Positions 46,468 to 60,237 of a stretch of DNA of 64,000 nt are shown one piece after another; within the stretch, counting starts at the first letter, position 1, and the number at the start of each line of letters is the position of its first letter. A program made the translations under genes and the position numbers. Below the pieces are notes generated by a model. That model was not told the origin of the DNA, did not search any database, and saw only the letters and a program-made list of their open reading frames with translations. This DNA is from an uncultured Kiritimatiellota bacterium (GTDB lineage: Bacteria; Verrucomicrobiota; Kiritimatiellia; RFP12; DVOR01), in the NCBI GenBank assembly GCA_944389585.1, contig CALXMW010000007.1:11372-75371 (forward strand), written 5' to 3'.

Positions 46468-46902
46468 TTACTCCGAGAGCTGGACGGCGGAGACGCGGCC
46501 CTGGGTGAACTCCACGCGGAGCGCCTCCTTCCATTCGTACTCGGGCGTGTCGTCGATGTAGTAGGTGCCGGTGCGGCGGCCGAAGCGGTCGACGAAGACG
46601 GGGCGGAGGGTGGGGTAGACGCTGTCGGAGAAGCCGAGGATCTTGTAGATCCACACCTCGGTGACGCCGTCCCGGTCGGTGCGCCGGAGCGTCTCGGAGG
46701 GGTTGCCGTAGACCATCCAGACGGCGTCCTTGTCGTCGCCCAGGCGGATCTGCCCGCGGGCGATGCGCGCCTGGACGTCGGCCGGGTAGGCGTCGAAGGC
46801 CTCCTGGCGCTGGGCGATGCGGTCGGCCACGCCGCCGGCGCACCCGGCCAGCAGGAGGGCCGCGAGGGCGGCGCACAGGCCAAGTCCGGCACGCCGGGTC
46901 AT
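46468..46902 (-). CDS. Lipoprotein (BamE/SmpA-like)
   Basis: Lipobox LLAGC and I.LG....V...YG.P......EVW.Y pattern. Confidence 0.65.
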   Translation of the reverse strand: MTRRAGLGLCAALAALLLAGCAGGVADRIAQRQEAFDAYPADVQARIARGQIRLGDDKDAVWMVYGNPSETLRRTDRDGVTEVWIYKILGFSDSVYPTLRPVFVDRFGRRTGTYYIDDTPEYEWKEALRVEFTQGRVSAVQLSE

Positions 46903-47969
46903 TGCTTGTACCCCCAGTCGAGGAGCGCCTTGCAGAAGGCGTCGCGGTCGCGGTGGGATTTGAAGCCGGTGACGCAGCCGATGAGGCGGCGGCCGCCGCG
47001 CTCGCAGGTGACGGTGACGCAGAATCCGGCCTTGTTGGTGAAGCCGGTCTTCAGGCCGTCGACGCCGGGCACCTGGTTGAAGACCAGGTTGTTGTGGTTC
47101 TTCAGGTCCAGCTTGCCGTTCCGGAAGGTGTCGGTGCGGGTGGCGGCCAGGCGCATGACCTCGGGGTACTTGAGCAGCTGCTCGGCCAGGATCACCATGT
47201 CGTGGGCGGAGGAGAGGTTGTCGTGGCCCTGGTCGTCGCCCAGGCCGTGCGCGTCGTAGAAGCGCGTGTGGGTCATGCCCAGCTGCTTGGCGCGGGCGTT
47301 CATCGCCGCCACGAAGGCCGCCATGCTCCCGCCGCCGAGGTACTCGCCCACCAGGTAGGCCGAGTCGTTGGCGGATTTGATGGCGATGGTCTTCTCCAGC
47401 TCGCTCAGGGGGAAGGACTCGCGCGGGTCCAGCCACACCTGCGCCCCGCCGATCTTGTACGCCTCGACGGTGACCTGGATGACGGTGTCGCGCCCCACCT
47501 TCCCCGCGGCGATGGCTTCCTCCGTCAGCAGCAGGGTCATCATCTTGGTCATCGAGGCGACGGGGACGGCCTTGTCGGCGTGCTTGGCCCAGAGCACCTT
47601 GCGCGTCGTCGGGTCCACCAGGATGCCCGTGCCGCAGAGCGCCTCCTTGGGCAGTCCCAGCGCCGAGGCCGCCCCCTGGAAATCGTAGGGCGCGGTAGAG
47701 CCGGGCGCGGGCGCGGGTTTTTCGGGCTGGGCCGGCGTTTCGGGCTGTGCGGGCGTTTCGGGCCGCGCCGGCTGTGCGGGCTGTGCGGGTTGCTCGGCGG
47801 GGGCGGGCGTTTCGGGTGCCTCGGCCGTCTCGCCGCCGTTCCCGGCGAAGACGAGCCAGCCGACGATGAGCGCCAGCCAGGCGGCCAGCGGCAGGCCCCA
47901 GACCAGGAGGGTGCGGCCCCAGGCGCGGGGGGCGCCCACGCCGCCGGGAAGATCGTAGCGTTCGGACAT
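46899..47969 (-). CDS. dacA: D-alanyl-D-alanine carboxypeptidase
   Basis: SMTK, SAN and KTG motifs, N-terminal TM and a Pro-rich repeat linker. Confidence 0.88.
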   Translation of the reverse strand: MSERYDLPGGVGAPRAWGRTLLVWGLPLAAWLALIVGWLVFAGNGGETAEAPETPAPAEQPAQPAQPARPETPAQPETPAQPEKPAPAPGSTAPYDFQGAASALGLPKEALCGTGILVDPTTRKVLWAKHADKAVPVASMTKMMTLLLTEEAIAAGKVGRDTVIQVTVEAYKIGGAQVWLDPRESFPLSELEKTIAIKSANDSAYLVGEYLGGGSMAAFVAAMNARAKQLGMTHTRFYDAHGLGDDQGHDNLSSAHDMVILAEQLLKYPEVMRLAATRTDTFRNGKLDLKNHNNLVFNQVPGVDGLKTGFTNKAGFCVTVTCERGGRRLIGCVTGFKSHRDRDAFCKALLDWGYKQ

Positions 47970-47978
47970 GGCGGAACC

Positions 47979-49078
<1,100 letters not shown>

Positions 49079-49082
<4 letters not shown>

Positions 49083-49867
49083 CTCCAGCCTCCGTATGTC
49101 TCCTCGTAGCGCACGTATTCCAGCTCGCGCTTCCCGGAGACCCAAATCATGTAAGCGATCAGAAGCAGCAGGATCCCGCCGCGCCCGAACACGATGTCGA
49201 AAATCAGCTGCAGCGCCCATGGCCACCCCGCCGGCGCATGGAAGCGCACCCCGGTGAAGTCCAGCACGCAAATCACCGCCCACAGCACCGCGAAGCCCTG
49301 CCCCACCCGCACCGCGACCTCCGTGGCCGCCACCTTGGCGCGTCCCAGGCACTGCAGGCCCGCGCGCAGGATCCGCCCCCCGTCCATCGGGAAGGCCGGC
49401 ACCAGGTTGAAGAGCGCCAGGCCCAGGTTCAACCCCGCCGCCAGCCCCAGCCACGGGTTCGGCGCGCTCTCTGTCACCTCATACGGCCCCAGCGTCCCCA
49501 CCACCACCCGCGTCGGGAAGGCCCCCGCCAGCGTCCAGCACAGCGCCGCCAGCGCCAACGAGCACACCGGCCCCGCCGCCGCCATCAACACCTCATGCGA
49601 CGGCCTGGGCGGCATCCGCGTGATCATCGCGCACCCACCCAGCAACTGCAGCGTGATATCCCGCACCTGTCCGCCGAAGGCCACCGCCACCGCGCTGTGC
49701 GCCAGCTCGTGCAGCAAAATCGAAACCAGGAGCGCCGCGGTCAGGAAAAGCCCCACGCCCACGTGCGGCAACGTCGAGAACACCACGTAAACCGCCAGCA
49801 CCAGCACGGACAAATCCGCCCGCACCGGGATACCCATGGCCGTGAAAAGCGTCCACCTGCTTCGCAT
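49079..49867 (-). CDS. Site-2 protease (M50)
   Basis: HELAH and NLVPAFPMDGGR motifs. Confidence 0.9.
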
Positions 49868-49979
49868 AGTCCCCTTATTATACCAGATTTGCCCCTCCCA
49901 CAAACACGCCCGCCCCGGCCGCCGGGCACAAAAAAGCCCCGGCGCGGGCCGGGGCTTCGTGTCGCGGGGGCCGCCGACC

Positions 49980-50651
49980 TTAGGCCGCGCGGCGGCGGAG
50001 AGCCACACCGGCCACGCCCAGGGCCAACAGCGCCAGGGCGGTCGGCTCGGGGAGAACCGCGGTCTTTTTGTTGGCCATCCAAGTGATTTCCTCTTGGGTG
50101 AGGATGCCTTCATAGGCCGCCGTCTCATTGATGGTCCAATAATCATCATTCCTAAAGGTCGAGACATTGACGTTTGCGATGGTATTTTCCTCCTCGATGG
50201 AGAAGATTTGCTTGCCGTTCACATAACCGGCAATAGTGGCCTGGTTGTCATCGTTACGTGAAATCGTGATGGTGAGCAGGTATTTCGTACCGACCGAAAG
50301 GGTTGGGGTATTGCTTGTGGTTCCCCAGCCAGACTCAGAACCACCCTTCTTTTCCACGCCGATATGACCATTGAGGCGATTCCCAGAGCCATACATATAG
50401 GCATAGGCGTGTCCGGCATCCCAGAGGCCGAGATCTGCGATGGCGGCTTGTTCTGTGCTGGCAGCCGTCGCATTCGCGGTCACCACCATGGCAAAGGAGA
50501 GTGTCTTGGTGGAGGTGGAGCCACTCGTGGCGAAGTATTTACTGGTGTAGATGCTGTTCTCGGCTCCGGTTTGCCACTGCATGGTGACAGCCTGGGCGGA
50601 GAGGGCGAGGCCTGCGGCGGCGCAGGCAAGGAACAAACGGGAGAGTTTCAT
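49980..50651 (-). CDS. PEP-CTERM surface protein
   Basis: Signal peptide MKLSRLFLACAAAGLALSAQA and LPEPTALALLALGVAGVALRRRAA tail. Confidence 0.9.
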   Translation of the reverse strand: MKLSRLFLACAAAGLALSAQAVTMQWQTGAENSIYTSKYFATSGSTSTKTLSFAMVVTANATAASTEQAAIADLGLWDAGHAYAYMYGSGNRLNGHIGVEKKGGSESGWGTTSNTPTLSVGTKYLLTITISRNDDNQATIAGYVNGKQIFSIEEENTIANVNVSTFRNDDYWTINETAAYEGILTQEEITWMANKKTAVLPEPTALALLALGVAGVALRRRAA

Positions 50652-50797
50652 GGTTGGTGTGCCTCTTTTCGCTGTCGCTTTGGGCGGAATGCCCAAGGAC
50701 GCTGAATAAGATAGCACAAGTGGCGGGGGGGGCAAGACTTATTTTTTTGTGGTTCGGCGGCGTGGTCGCTGGGGCGGTTCCCCCGCCCTTCGGGCGC

Positions 50798-51739
50798 TCA
50801 CGGCAGGGGCAGGGGCGGCAGGCGGCCGAAGCGGCGGGTGGCGAGGGCCAGGTAGTGCCGCCACGTGGGGCGGAGGGTGACGCGGGGGAGAAAGTCGCGC
50901 TCGGCGCGTCGGCGCACGAAGGGCAACGGGTCGCGCCGGGGCCGGGGGAGGACGCCGTGGCGGAGCCCGCCAAGGAACACGGCGGCCAGGAAAAAAGGCC
51001 CGGCGGTGAACCAGAAGCGGCGCCCGCGAAGGTCGAAGGCGGAGGTCAGGAGGTTGGAAAGGTAACGCCGCCAGACGCGGCGGCGGGGAAGGGCGCGGGC
51101 GGTGGCGCCTTCGTCGTGGAGGACGGGCGGGGTGGGGACGAACCAGCATTCCCAGCCGGCCAGCCAGAGGCGGTGGCAGAGGTCGACGTCCTCGTAGTAG
51201 CAGAAGAAGGTGGGGCGGAAGAGCCCGCCGGCGTCGGCGAGGGCCTCGCGGCGGAGGAGGAGGCAGGCGGCCTTGCAGGCGAAGGCGGGGTGGGGGCGCG
51301 CGGCGTGGGGGCCGGGGGGCCGGCGGTAGCCGTGGTGCCAGAGGAGGCCGAGGGGGGTGAGGTACTCGCCGCAGGCGTCGAGCGTGCCGTCGGGGAGGGC
51401 GAGGGTGGCTTGGGCGGCGGCGACGCGGGGGTGGGCCTCGAGGAAGGCTTCGAGGCGGCGGACGGGTTCGGCGGAGGGGAGGAGGGCGTCGGTGTTGAGG
51501 AGGAGGAGGCGCTCGCCTGCGGCGTGGGGGAGGGCGAGGTTGTTGCCGCCGGCGAAGCCGAGGTTGCGCGGGGCGCGCAGGAGGGTAACGCCGGGAGGGA
51601 CGGCGAGGGGAGGCTCGGAGGCGTTGTCCACCACAAGCACTTGCGCCTCGGGGAGACACCGACGGACGGCCCCCAGGCTGCGGTCAAGGAGGTCTTGGCG
51701 GTTCCAGGCAACAAGGATGACGGTCAGCCGCGCACGCAT
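50798..51739 (-). CDS. GT2 glycosyltransferase
   Basis: VVDNAS, NLGFAGGNN, LLNTD and YYEDVDLC motifs. Confidence 0.9.
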   Translation of the reverse strand: MRARLTVILVAWNRQDLLDRSLGAVRRCLPEAQVLVVDNASEPPLAVPPGVTLLRAPRNLGFAGGNNLALPHAAGERLLLLNTDALLPSAEPVRRLEAFLEAHPRVAAAQATLALPDGTLDACGEYLTPLGLLWHHGYRRPPGPHAARPHPAFACKAACLLLRREALADAGGLFRPTFFCYYEDVDLCHRLWLAGWECWFVPTPPVLHDEGATARALPRRRVWRRYLSNLLTSAFDLRGRRFWFTAGPFFLAAVFLGGLRHGVLPRPRRDPLPFVRRRAERDFLPRVTLRPTWRHYLALATRRFGRLPPLPLP

Positions 51740-51778
51740 GGCGCAATTATAGCACAGCGGCTGATGGGCGGGTTGGCG

Positions 51779-51977
51779 CGACGCAGGAGGAGATCACAGC
51801 GGGCACAGAGGACGCATGGAGGGACACAGAGAAAGGAAATCACAACGGACACAACGGACACAAAGGCTTGCACGACGCAGGGGGAGATCACAGAGGACAC
51901 AGAGGACACACGGGGGAACACAGAGAAAGTAAATCACAACGGGCACAGAGGACACAAAGGCTTGCACGACGCAGGGG
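51779..51977. repeat. Two imperfect ~94-bp tandem units rich in CACAGAGGA/CACAAAG
   Basis: CGACGCAGGG recurs at 51779, 51873 and 51967. Confidence 0.8.
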
Positions 51978-52071
51978 AAAGGGGAAAGGGGAAAGGAAAT
52001 GGGGAGGGGAGGGGCAAGGGGCGCTGCCCCTTGAACCCCGGCAGGGCGAAGTTCGCCCTGCACCCCCGGCA

Positions 52072-52374
52072 CGTCTGCGACGTGCCTGACAGGCACCCCA
52101 AAAGACTTTGTGTCCTTTGTGGTTCTTTGGGTCTTTGTGATAGCCCGCGCAGCGAAAACCCGCGGCGCGTCTGCGACGTGCCTGACAGGCACCCCAAAAG
52201 ACTTTGTGTCCTTTGTGGTTCTTTGGGTCTTTGTGATAGCCCGCGCAGCGAAAACCCGCGGCGCGTCTGCGACGTGCCTGACAGGCACCCCAAAAGACTT
52301 TGTGTCCTTTGTGGTTCTTTGGGTCTTTGTGATAGCCCGCGCAGCGAAAACCCGCGGCGCGTCTGCGACGTGCC
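52072..52374. repeat. Three identical 96-bp tandem units plus 15 bp
   Basis: CGTCTGCGACGTGCC starts at 52072, 52168, 52264 and 52360 with identical intervening sequence. Confidence 0.92.
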
Positions 52375-52532
52375 AATGACGACGCGGGTTTCACCTCTGG
52401 GGCTCCTCCAAGCCTCCAAGCTTCCAAGCCTCCAAACTTCCAAACTTCTGGTGTGGCGGGAGCCGTCCCCGAGGCTAGGGCAAAAAAGAAGGGCCCCGTG
52501 GGGGGCCCTTGCTTGTGCGTCTGGCGGAGGGT

Positions 52533-54830
<2,298 letters not shown>

Positions 54831-54903
54831 TCACAACAGTCTTTAGTTTAGCGGAATGTCGGGGCGGTTGCAAGCGGGAAATGCGGTTGGGCGGAAAAAT
54901 CTT

Positions 54904-55743
54904 TCAGAGGAGGGTGTTGTCGATGAGGCGGAGGCCGTCTTTTCGGGCGGCGAGGAGGAGGGCGGAGGCGCCGGGGAGGAGGGTTTGCAGGGGCATGAGC
55001 GTCTCGGCGTCGACGACGGCGGCGTAGTCGGGGGCCCAGCCGGCGGCTTGGAGGGTCTCGCGGGCGGCGGCCTCGATGGCGGCGGCGTCGCGCTGGCCTT
55101 GGGCGACGGCGTCCTGGGCTTGGCGGAGGGCGCGGCTGAGGCAGCGGGCGGAGGCGCGGTTCTGGGGGGTGAGGTAGGCGTTGCGGGAGGAGAGGGCCAG
55201 GCCGTCGGCGTCGCGGACGATGGGGGCGCGGAGAATCTCGACGGGGAAGTCGAGGTCGCGGACCATGCGGCGGATGACGGCGACTTGCTGGAAGTCTTTT
55301 TGTCCGAAGACGGCGAGGTCGGGCTGGACGATGTTGAAGAGTTTGGCGACGACGGTGCAGACGCCGGCGAAGTGGGTGGGGCGTTGGGCGCCTTCGAGGG
55401 TTTTGGCCAGGAGGGTTTCCTCGACGCGGCAGGAGGCGTCCTGGGCGTACATGGCGGCGGGGGCGGGGAGGAAGACGGCGTCGGCGCCGGTGCGTTCGCA
55501 GAGGTCGAGGTCGGCCTGTTCGCGGCGGGGGTAGGCGTCGTAGTCTTCGTTGGGGGCGAATTGGGTGGGGTTGACGAAGACGCTGACGACGACGCGGTCG
55601 CAGCGTTCTTTGGCCAGGCGGATGAGGGAGAGGTGGCCTTCGTGGAGGCAGCCCATGGTGGGGACGAGGCCGATGGCGCGGCCGAGGCGTTTCTCGGCGG
55701 CGCACCAGGCGTGGAGTTCGGCGGGGTTGCGGAAGCTTTCCAT
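54904..55743 (-). CDS. panC: Pantoate--beta-alanine ligase
   Basis: PTMGCLHEGH, FGQKDFQQ, LALSSRN and RLIDN motifs. Confidence 0.96.
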   Translation of the reverse strand: MESFRNPAELHAWCAAEKRLGRAIGLVPTMGCLHEGHLSLIRLAKERCDRVVVSVFVNPTQFAPNEDYDAYPRREQADLDLCERTGADAVFLPAPAAMYAQDASCRVEETLLAKTLEGAQRPTHFAGVCTVVAKLFNIVQPDLAVFGQKDFQQVAVIRRMVRDLDFPVEILRAPIVRDADGLALSSRNAYLTPQNRASARCLSRALRQAQDAVAQGQRDAAAIEAAARETLQAAGWAPDYAAVVDAETLMPLQTLLPGASALLLAARKDGLRLIDNTLL

Positions 55744-55764
55744 GGCGGGTTGGCGGGTTGGGGG

Positions 55765-57831
55765 TCAGTGGAGTTTGGCGCCGGGGGCGGTGGGGGCGGC
55801 GGGGCGGATGACGCGGGGCGAGCCGTCGGCGTCGGTGGCGGCCAGGATCATGCCTTCGGAGAGGCCGAAGCGCATTTTGCGGGGGGCGAGGTTGGCGACG
55901 AGGATGAGCTGGGTGCCGGCGAGGGTCTCGGGGGCGTAGGCTTTGCGGATGCCGGCGAAGACGGTGCGGGGTTTGGCCTCGCCCGCGTCGAGGGTCAGGC
56001 GCAGGAGTTTGTCGGAGCCTTCGACGGGCTCTGCGGCGAGGACGGTGGCGACGCGGAGGTCCACCTTGGCGAGGTCGTCGATGGCGATGGTGTCGGCGGG
56101 GGGCTCGGGGAAGGTGGCGGGGGCGGGGGCGTGGGCCAGCTGGCGGATGCCTTTTTTGATGTCTTGCCCGGAGAGCTTGGGGGCGGCTTTTTGGGCGGCC
56201 TGGGCTTTGGTTTCGGCGACCATGGCCTCGACGGCTTTGGGGTCGATGCGCGCGGCGAGGTGCTCGTAGGGGGCGATGGGGCGGTTTTCGAGGTCTTTGG
56301 CGGCGTCGGCGAAGGTGTAGGGCGCTTCGCCGAAGAGGGCCTCGACCTTGGCGGCGTAGGCCGGGAGGATGGGTTTGAGGGCGATGGCCATGAGGCGGAA
56401 GAGGTTGAGGGTGCCGGTGAGGAGGGCGCGGGTGGCCTCGGGGTCTTCCTTGACGAGTTTCCAGGGGGCTTTGGCGTCGAAGAGCTGGTTGGCTTTGTCG
56501 GCCCAGTCGCGGACGATGACCATGGCGCGGCAGAAGTCGCGCCGCTCGTAGGCGGCGAGGGCCTCGGGGAGTTGGGCGCGGCAGGCTTCGAGGAGCTCGC
56601 GGCTCTCGGGGTCCATGGCGCCGAGGCGGCCGCCGCAGTTTTTGTTGAGCATCTGGGCGCCGCGGGAGGCGAGGTTGGTGATCTTGCCGACGAGGTCGGA
56701 GTTGACGCGGCCGACGAAGTCCTTGAGGTCCAGGTTCATGTCGTCGACGGTGCCGTTGAGCTTGCAGGCGTAGTAGAAGCGGAGGGCCTGGGCGGGGAGG
56801 TGTTTGAGGTAGGTGGCCGCGGAGATGAAGGTGCCTTCGCTCTTGGACATCTTGGCGCCGTTGACCATGAGGAAGCCGTGGACGAAGACTTGGGTGGGGG
56901 TGCGGAAGCCGGCGTTCTCGAGCTCGCTGGGCCAGAAGAGGCAGTGGAAGCGGACGATGTCCTTGCCGATGAAGTGGTAGATCTCGGCCTTGGGGTCTTG
57001 CCACCAGTCCTCGAGCGTTTGGCCGCGTTCCTTGGCCCAGGCCCAGAGGGTGGCCATGTAGCCGATGGGGGCGTCGAGCCAGACGTAGAAGTATTTGTCG
57101 TCGTAGCCGGGGATCTTGAAGCCGAAGTAGGGCGCGTCGCGGGAGATGTTCCAGCCGCGGAGGGGCTCGTTGAACCATTCCAGGAGCTTGTCGGCGGTGC
57201 CTTTGTCGGTGTGGCCGGGGAGCCAGGCCTTGAGGAAGTCGCGGCAGGGCTCGAGCTCGACGAAGAGCTGCTCGCTTTGGCGCAGGGCGGGCTTGCCGCC
57301 GCAGATGGCGCAGTGGGGGTCTTTGAGCTCGGCGGTGTTGTACGTCGCGCCGCAGACCGAGCAGTTGTCGCCGTCGCGGTCGGGCGCGCCGCAGCGCGGG
57401 CAGGTGCCTTTGACGAAGCGGTCGGGCAGGAACATCGCGCAACGCTCGCAGTAGAGCTGCTCGACGGGGCGCGAGGAGATGAGGCCGCGCGCCTTCAGGC
57501 GCAGGTAGATTTGCTCGGAGAGGACGCGGTTTTCCTCGCAGTTCGTCGAGCCGTAGCGGTCGAAGCTCATCTCGAAGGCGCCGAACTCCTTGACGCGCAC
57601 CTCGTAGGAGCGGGCGATGACGGCCTCGGGCGTGGTGCCTTCCTGGCGCGCGCGGATCATGATGGGCGTGCCGTGCGTGTCGTCCGCGCAGACGTAGACG
57701 CAGTCGTGCCCCATCATCCGCTGGTAGCGCGCCCAGAAATCGGTCTGCAGGTATTCCACCAAATGGCCCAGGTGCAGCGCGCCGTTCGCGTAAGGCAGGG
57801 CGCTCGTGACGATGATTTTCCGCTTGTCCAT
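55765..57831 (-). CDS. metG: Methionine--tRNA ligase
   Basis: [13 protein letters not shown], zinc knuckles, KMSKS and C-terminal tRNA-binding domain. Confidence 0.96.
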   Translation of the reverse strand: MDKRKIIVTSALPYANGALHLGHLVEYLQTDFWARYQRMMGHDCVYVCADDTHGTPIMIRARQEGTTPEAVIARSYEVRVKEFGAFEMSFDRYGSTNCEENRVLSEQIYLRLKARGLISSRPVEQLYCERCAMFLPDRFVKGTCPRCGAPDRDGDNCSVCGATYNTAELKDPHCAICGGKPALRQSEQLFVELEPCRDFLKAWLPGHTDKGTADKLLEWFNEPLRGWNISRDAPYFGFKIPGYDDKYFYVWLDAPIGYMATLWAWAKERGQTLEDWWQDPKAEIYHFIGKDIVRFHCLFWPSELENAGFRTPTQVFVHGFLMVNGAKMSKSEGTFISAATYLKHLPAQALRFYYACKLNGTVDDMNLDLKDFVGRVNSDLVGKITNLASRGAQMLNKNCGGRLGAMDPESRELLEACRAQLPEALAAYERRDFCRAMVIVRDWADKANQLFDAKAPWKLVKEDPEATRALLTGTLNLFRLMAIALKPILPAYAAKVEALFGEAPYTFADAAKDLENRPIAPYEHLAARIDPKAVEAMVAETKAQAAQKAAPKLSGQDIKKGIRQLAHAPAPATFPEPPADTIAIDDLAKVDLRVATVLAAEPVEGSDKLLRLTLDAGEAKPRTVFAGIRKAYAPETLAGTQLILVANLAPRKMRFGLSEGMILAATDADGSPRVIRPAAPTAPGAKLH

Positions 57832-57969
57832 GGTCGCTCTTCGCTTTCTTTTGGGGCAGGGCGGGCGCGTCTCAGGCGCGCCGGGCGCGCGGGGAGGGCC
57901 TCTCCCCGCCGGGGCGTGGGGCGGCGCCCCGCGGCGTTTCCCGCCTGTCCTTTCCCATTTTCCGTTCCT

Positions 57970-59217
57970 TCAATCCGCCAACATCAGCGCGCCGCCGCGC
58001 AGGCGGCTGGCCTCCGCCGCGAAGGCGATGCGGTGGCTCTCCAGCGAGGCCTCGAAAAGGGCCGGGTAGCCCGCCGGGTCGCCCTCGGAGAGCTGGCGCA
58101 CCAGCTCGTCCATCAGGCCGTAGTCGCCGCCGCCGTGGCCCGAGCCCTGCGCCAGGCCGGCCTCGAGCGCGCTGTCCCACAGCTCCGTGGCGCGCGTGTC
58201 GAAATGGTGGATGGTCAGCGTGCGCCCGTCGCCCACGATCTCGCCGCGCGTGCCGAAGATCTTGGTCTTGCGCCCGCCGGCGTAGGTGAAGCTCTCCATC
58301 TGATGGGCCACGGTCACCCCGCCCTCGAAGCGCAGGTTCACCACCTGGTGGTCCACCGCGTCGTTGTCGCAGGCATAGACGCACCGGCCGTAAGGCCCCT
58401 CGCGCAACATCTTCTCCATCGCCGCGTCGCTCTTCTCCACGAAGGGATAGCGCCAATCCTGGCGCTCCAGGTAAATCTTCCGCGCCGAGAACGCGCACCT
58501 GCGCTCCACCGCCGCCGGGCAATCCAGGCACCGCGCCGCCGCGCCCTCGGGCCGGTGCGCCGCGTTGAAGAGCGACGTCTCCCCGAAGCTCGAGACGCCC
58601 GTGCACCTGCGCCCCCCCAGCCACCACACGAACTGGTCGAAGTCGTGGCAGCACTTCTGCAGGATCATCGGCGTGGCGCGCTCGGTGTTCCCCCAGTTCC
58701 CCCGGCAGAAACTGTGCGCCGCGTGCATGTACCCCACCTGCTCCAAATGCTGGATGCTCACCACCTCGCCGATCGCCCCTTCCGCGATGAGGTCGTGGAT
58801 CTTCCTGAAATAGACCGTGTAACGCAGCACGTGCCCCACCATCACCAGGCGATCCCCCTTCTCGCGCACCTTCCTGGCCAACGCCTCGCACGCGGCCCAC
58901 CGCCGCGCCATCGGTTTCTCCAAAAGCAGGTGATGGCCCGCGTCCAGGCACGCCACGGCCGGCTCCAGATGCGTCGCGTCGGGCATCGCGATCACCATCA
59001 CGTCGCAATCCGGCCGCGCCGCCACAGCCTCCGACCAATCCCCCCACACCGCCCCGGGCCCCAGGCCATGCGCCGCCGCCACCGCCTGCGCCGCCGCCGG
59101 GTCGACGTCCGCCACCCCCACCACGCGCGCCTTGTCCGGGTACGCCGCCGCGTAAGAGGCATACGTCCTGCCGCGGTCGCCCGCGCCCAAAATCACCAAA
59201 CGAATCGGCGTCTTCAT
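57970..59217 (-). CDS. Gfo/Idh/MocA oxidoreductase
   Basis: GAGDRG, LLEKP, KCCHDFD and GHGGGD motifs. Confidence 0.9.
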   Translation of the reverse strand: MKTPIRLVILGAGDRGRTYASYAAAYPDKARVVGVADVDPAAAQAVAAAHGLGPGAVWGDWSEAVAARPDCDVMVIAMPDATHLEPAVACLDAGHHLLLEKPMARRWAACEALARKVREKGDRLVMVGHVLRYTVYFRKIHDLIAEGAIGEVVSIQHLEQVGYMHAAHSFCRGNWGNTERATPMILQKCCHDFDQFVWWLGGRRCTGVSSFGETSLFNAAHRPEGAAARCLDCPAAVERRCAFSARKIYLERQDWRYPFVEKSDAAMEKMLREGPYGRCVYACDNDAVDHQVVNLRFEGGVTVAHQMESFTYAGGRKTKIFGTRGEIVGDGRTLTIHHFDTRATELWDSALEAGLAQGSGHGGGDYGLMDELVRQLSEGDPAGYPALFEASLESHRIAFAAEASRLRGGALMLAD

Positions 59218-59333
59218 CGCATTGCTCCAAACTTCCCGCCCATTATAGCACACCCGCGCCCCCCTGCCCACGGAAAGGCCGAGCGGCATGGTGCGCAGTT
59301 CGCGCCGATAGACCCCGCGCCCCTGCGGCGGCC

Positions 59334-59525
59334 CGCGAAAAGGCGCGCCGCCTTTTCGCGTACTTTCTTGAGGCCCTGGGAAGCCCTCCATGAATACGTG
59401 CAAAGACGGCGCGCCGGAACCGGCGCGCCCTGCCAAACACGTCGCTCATGGATGAAGTCTCTCAGGTTTCAAGGAAGCGACCTGTCCGCGCAAAGCGCAA
59501 ACATTGCCAAGGCTCACCCTTGGCG
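59334..59525 (-). ncRNA. Candidate ~190-nt ncRNA with long interrupted hairpin
   Basis: -10-like TGcTATTGT at 59533-59541, nested pairing across 59362-59478, terminal hairpin at 59334-59360. Confidence 0.45.
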
Positions 59526-59660
59526 TGCCCATACAATAGCACACTTCCCCGCCCGGGAGGCAAGCGCCCCCTGCCTAGCCCCGCGCGGCGGCGATTTGAC
59601 GCGGCGGGGCGGTTTGCGCTATAGTAACGCGGTTTACGACGCATAGAGAAGGACAGAGCC

Positions 59661-60224
59661 ATGTATACCGCTTCCGACCTCAAAAAAGGCCTCAAGATCA
59701 TGTTCGAGGGCCAGCCCTGGATCATCACCGACTTCGATTTCTCCAAGCCCGGCAAGGGCCAGGCCATCTACAACTGCAAGCTCCGCAACATGCTCAACGG
59801 CTCGGGCAAATCCTGCTCGTTCCGCTCCAACGACCGCTTCGAGAAGCCCGACCTCGCCCAAAAGCCCCTCGTCTACTCCTACGAGGACGCCGGCGAATAC
59901 GTCTTCAACGACGAGGACTACAACGAAATCCGCGTCGGCAAGGACGTCCTCGGCGACAAGACCTACTTCCTCACCGACGGCCTCGAGGTCGACGCCCTCC
60001 TCTACGAGGACAAGGTCATCGACGTCGAGCTCCCCTCCTTCATCGAGCGCAAGGTCATCAAATGCGACCCCGGCGTCCGCGGCAACACCGCCGCCGGCAA
60101 GGTCACCAAGCCCGGCACCGTCGAAGGCGGCTACGAGCTCCCCGTCCCCCTCTTCATCAACGAGGGCGACCTCATCCGCATCGACACCCGCACCGGCGAA
60201 TACGCCGACCGCGTCAAGGCCTAA
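59661..60224 (+). CDS. efp: Elongation factor P
   Basis: KPGKGQA, PGVRGNTA and VPLFINEGD.IRIDTRTGEY motifs. Confidence 0.96.
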   Translation: MYTASDLKKGLKIMFEGQPWIITDFDFSKPGKGQAIYNCKLRNMLNGSGKSCSFRSNDRFEKPDLAQKPLVYSYEDAGEYVFNDEDYNEIRVGKDVLGDKTYFLTDGLEVDALLYEDKVIDVELPSFIERKVIKCDPGVRGNTAAGKVTKPGTVEGGYELPVPLFINEGDLIRIDTRTGEYADRVKA

Positions 60225-60237
60225 CAAGGAGCCGCCC

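Noticed and set aside
47720-47825. Tandem repeats in dacA
   Set aside because: They encode an ordinary Pro/Ala/Gln-rich linker (PETPAQP).
52072-52374. CRISPR array
   Set aside because: Units are identical over the full 96 bp with no unique spacers, and there are no cas genes.
59362-59478. SRP RNA or glycine riboswitch
   Set aside because: GGAA loop and CTCTCAGG are present, but the SRP CAGG/AGCA symmetric loop and the riboswitch GGAGA/CCGAAG elements are not in place.
54856-59646. 1596-aa plus-strand ORF (also 40920-45101, 61110-63479 and most of 22482-25793)
   Set aside because: Antisense shadows of real high-GC genes (panC/metG, valS, BspA-like, pflB) with no protein-like motifs.
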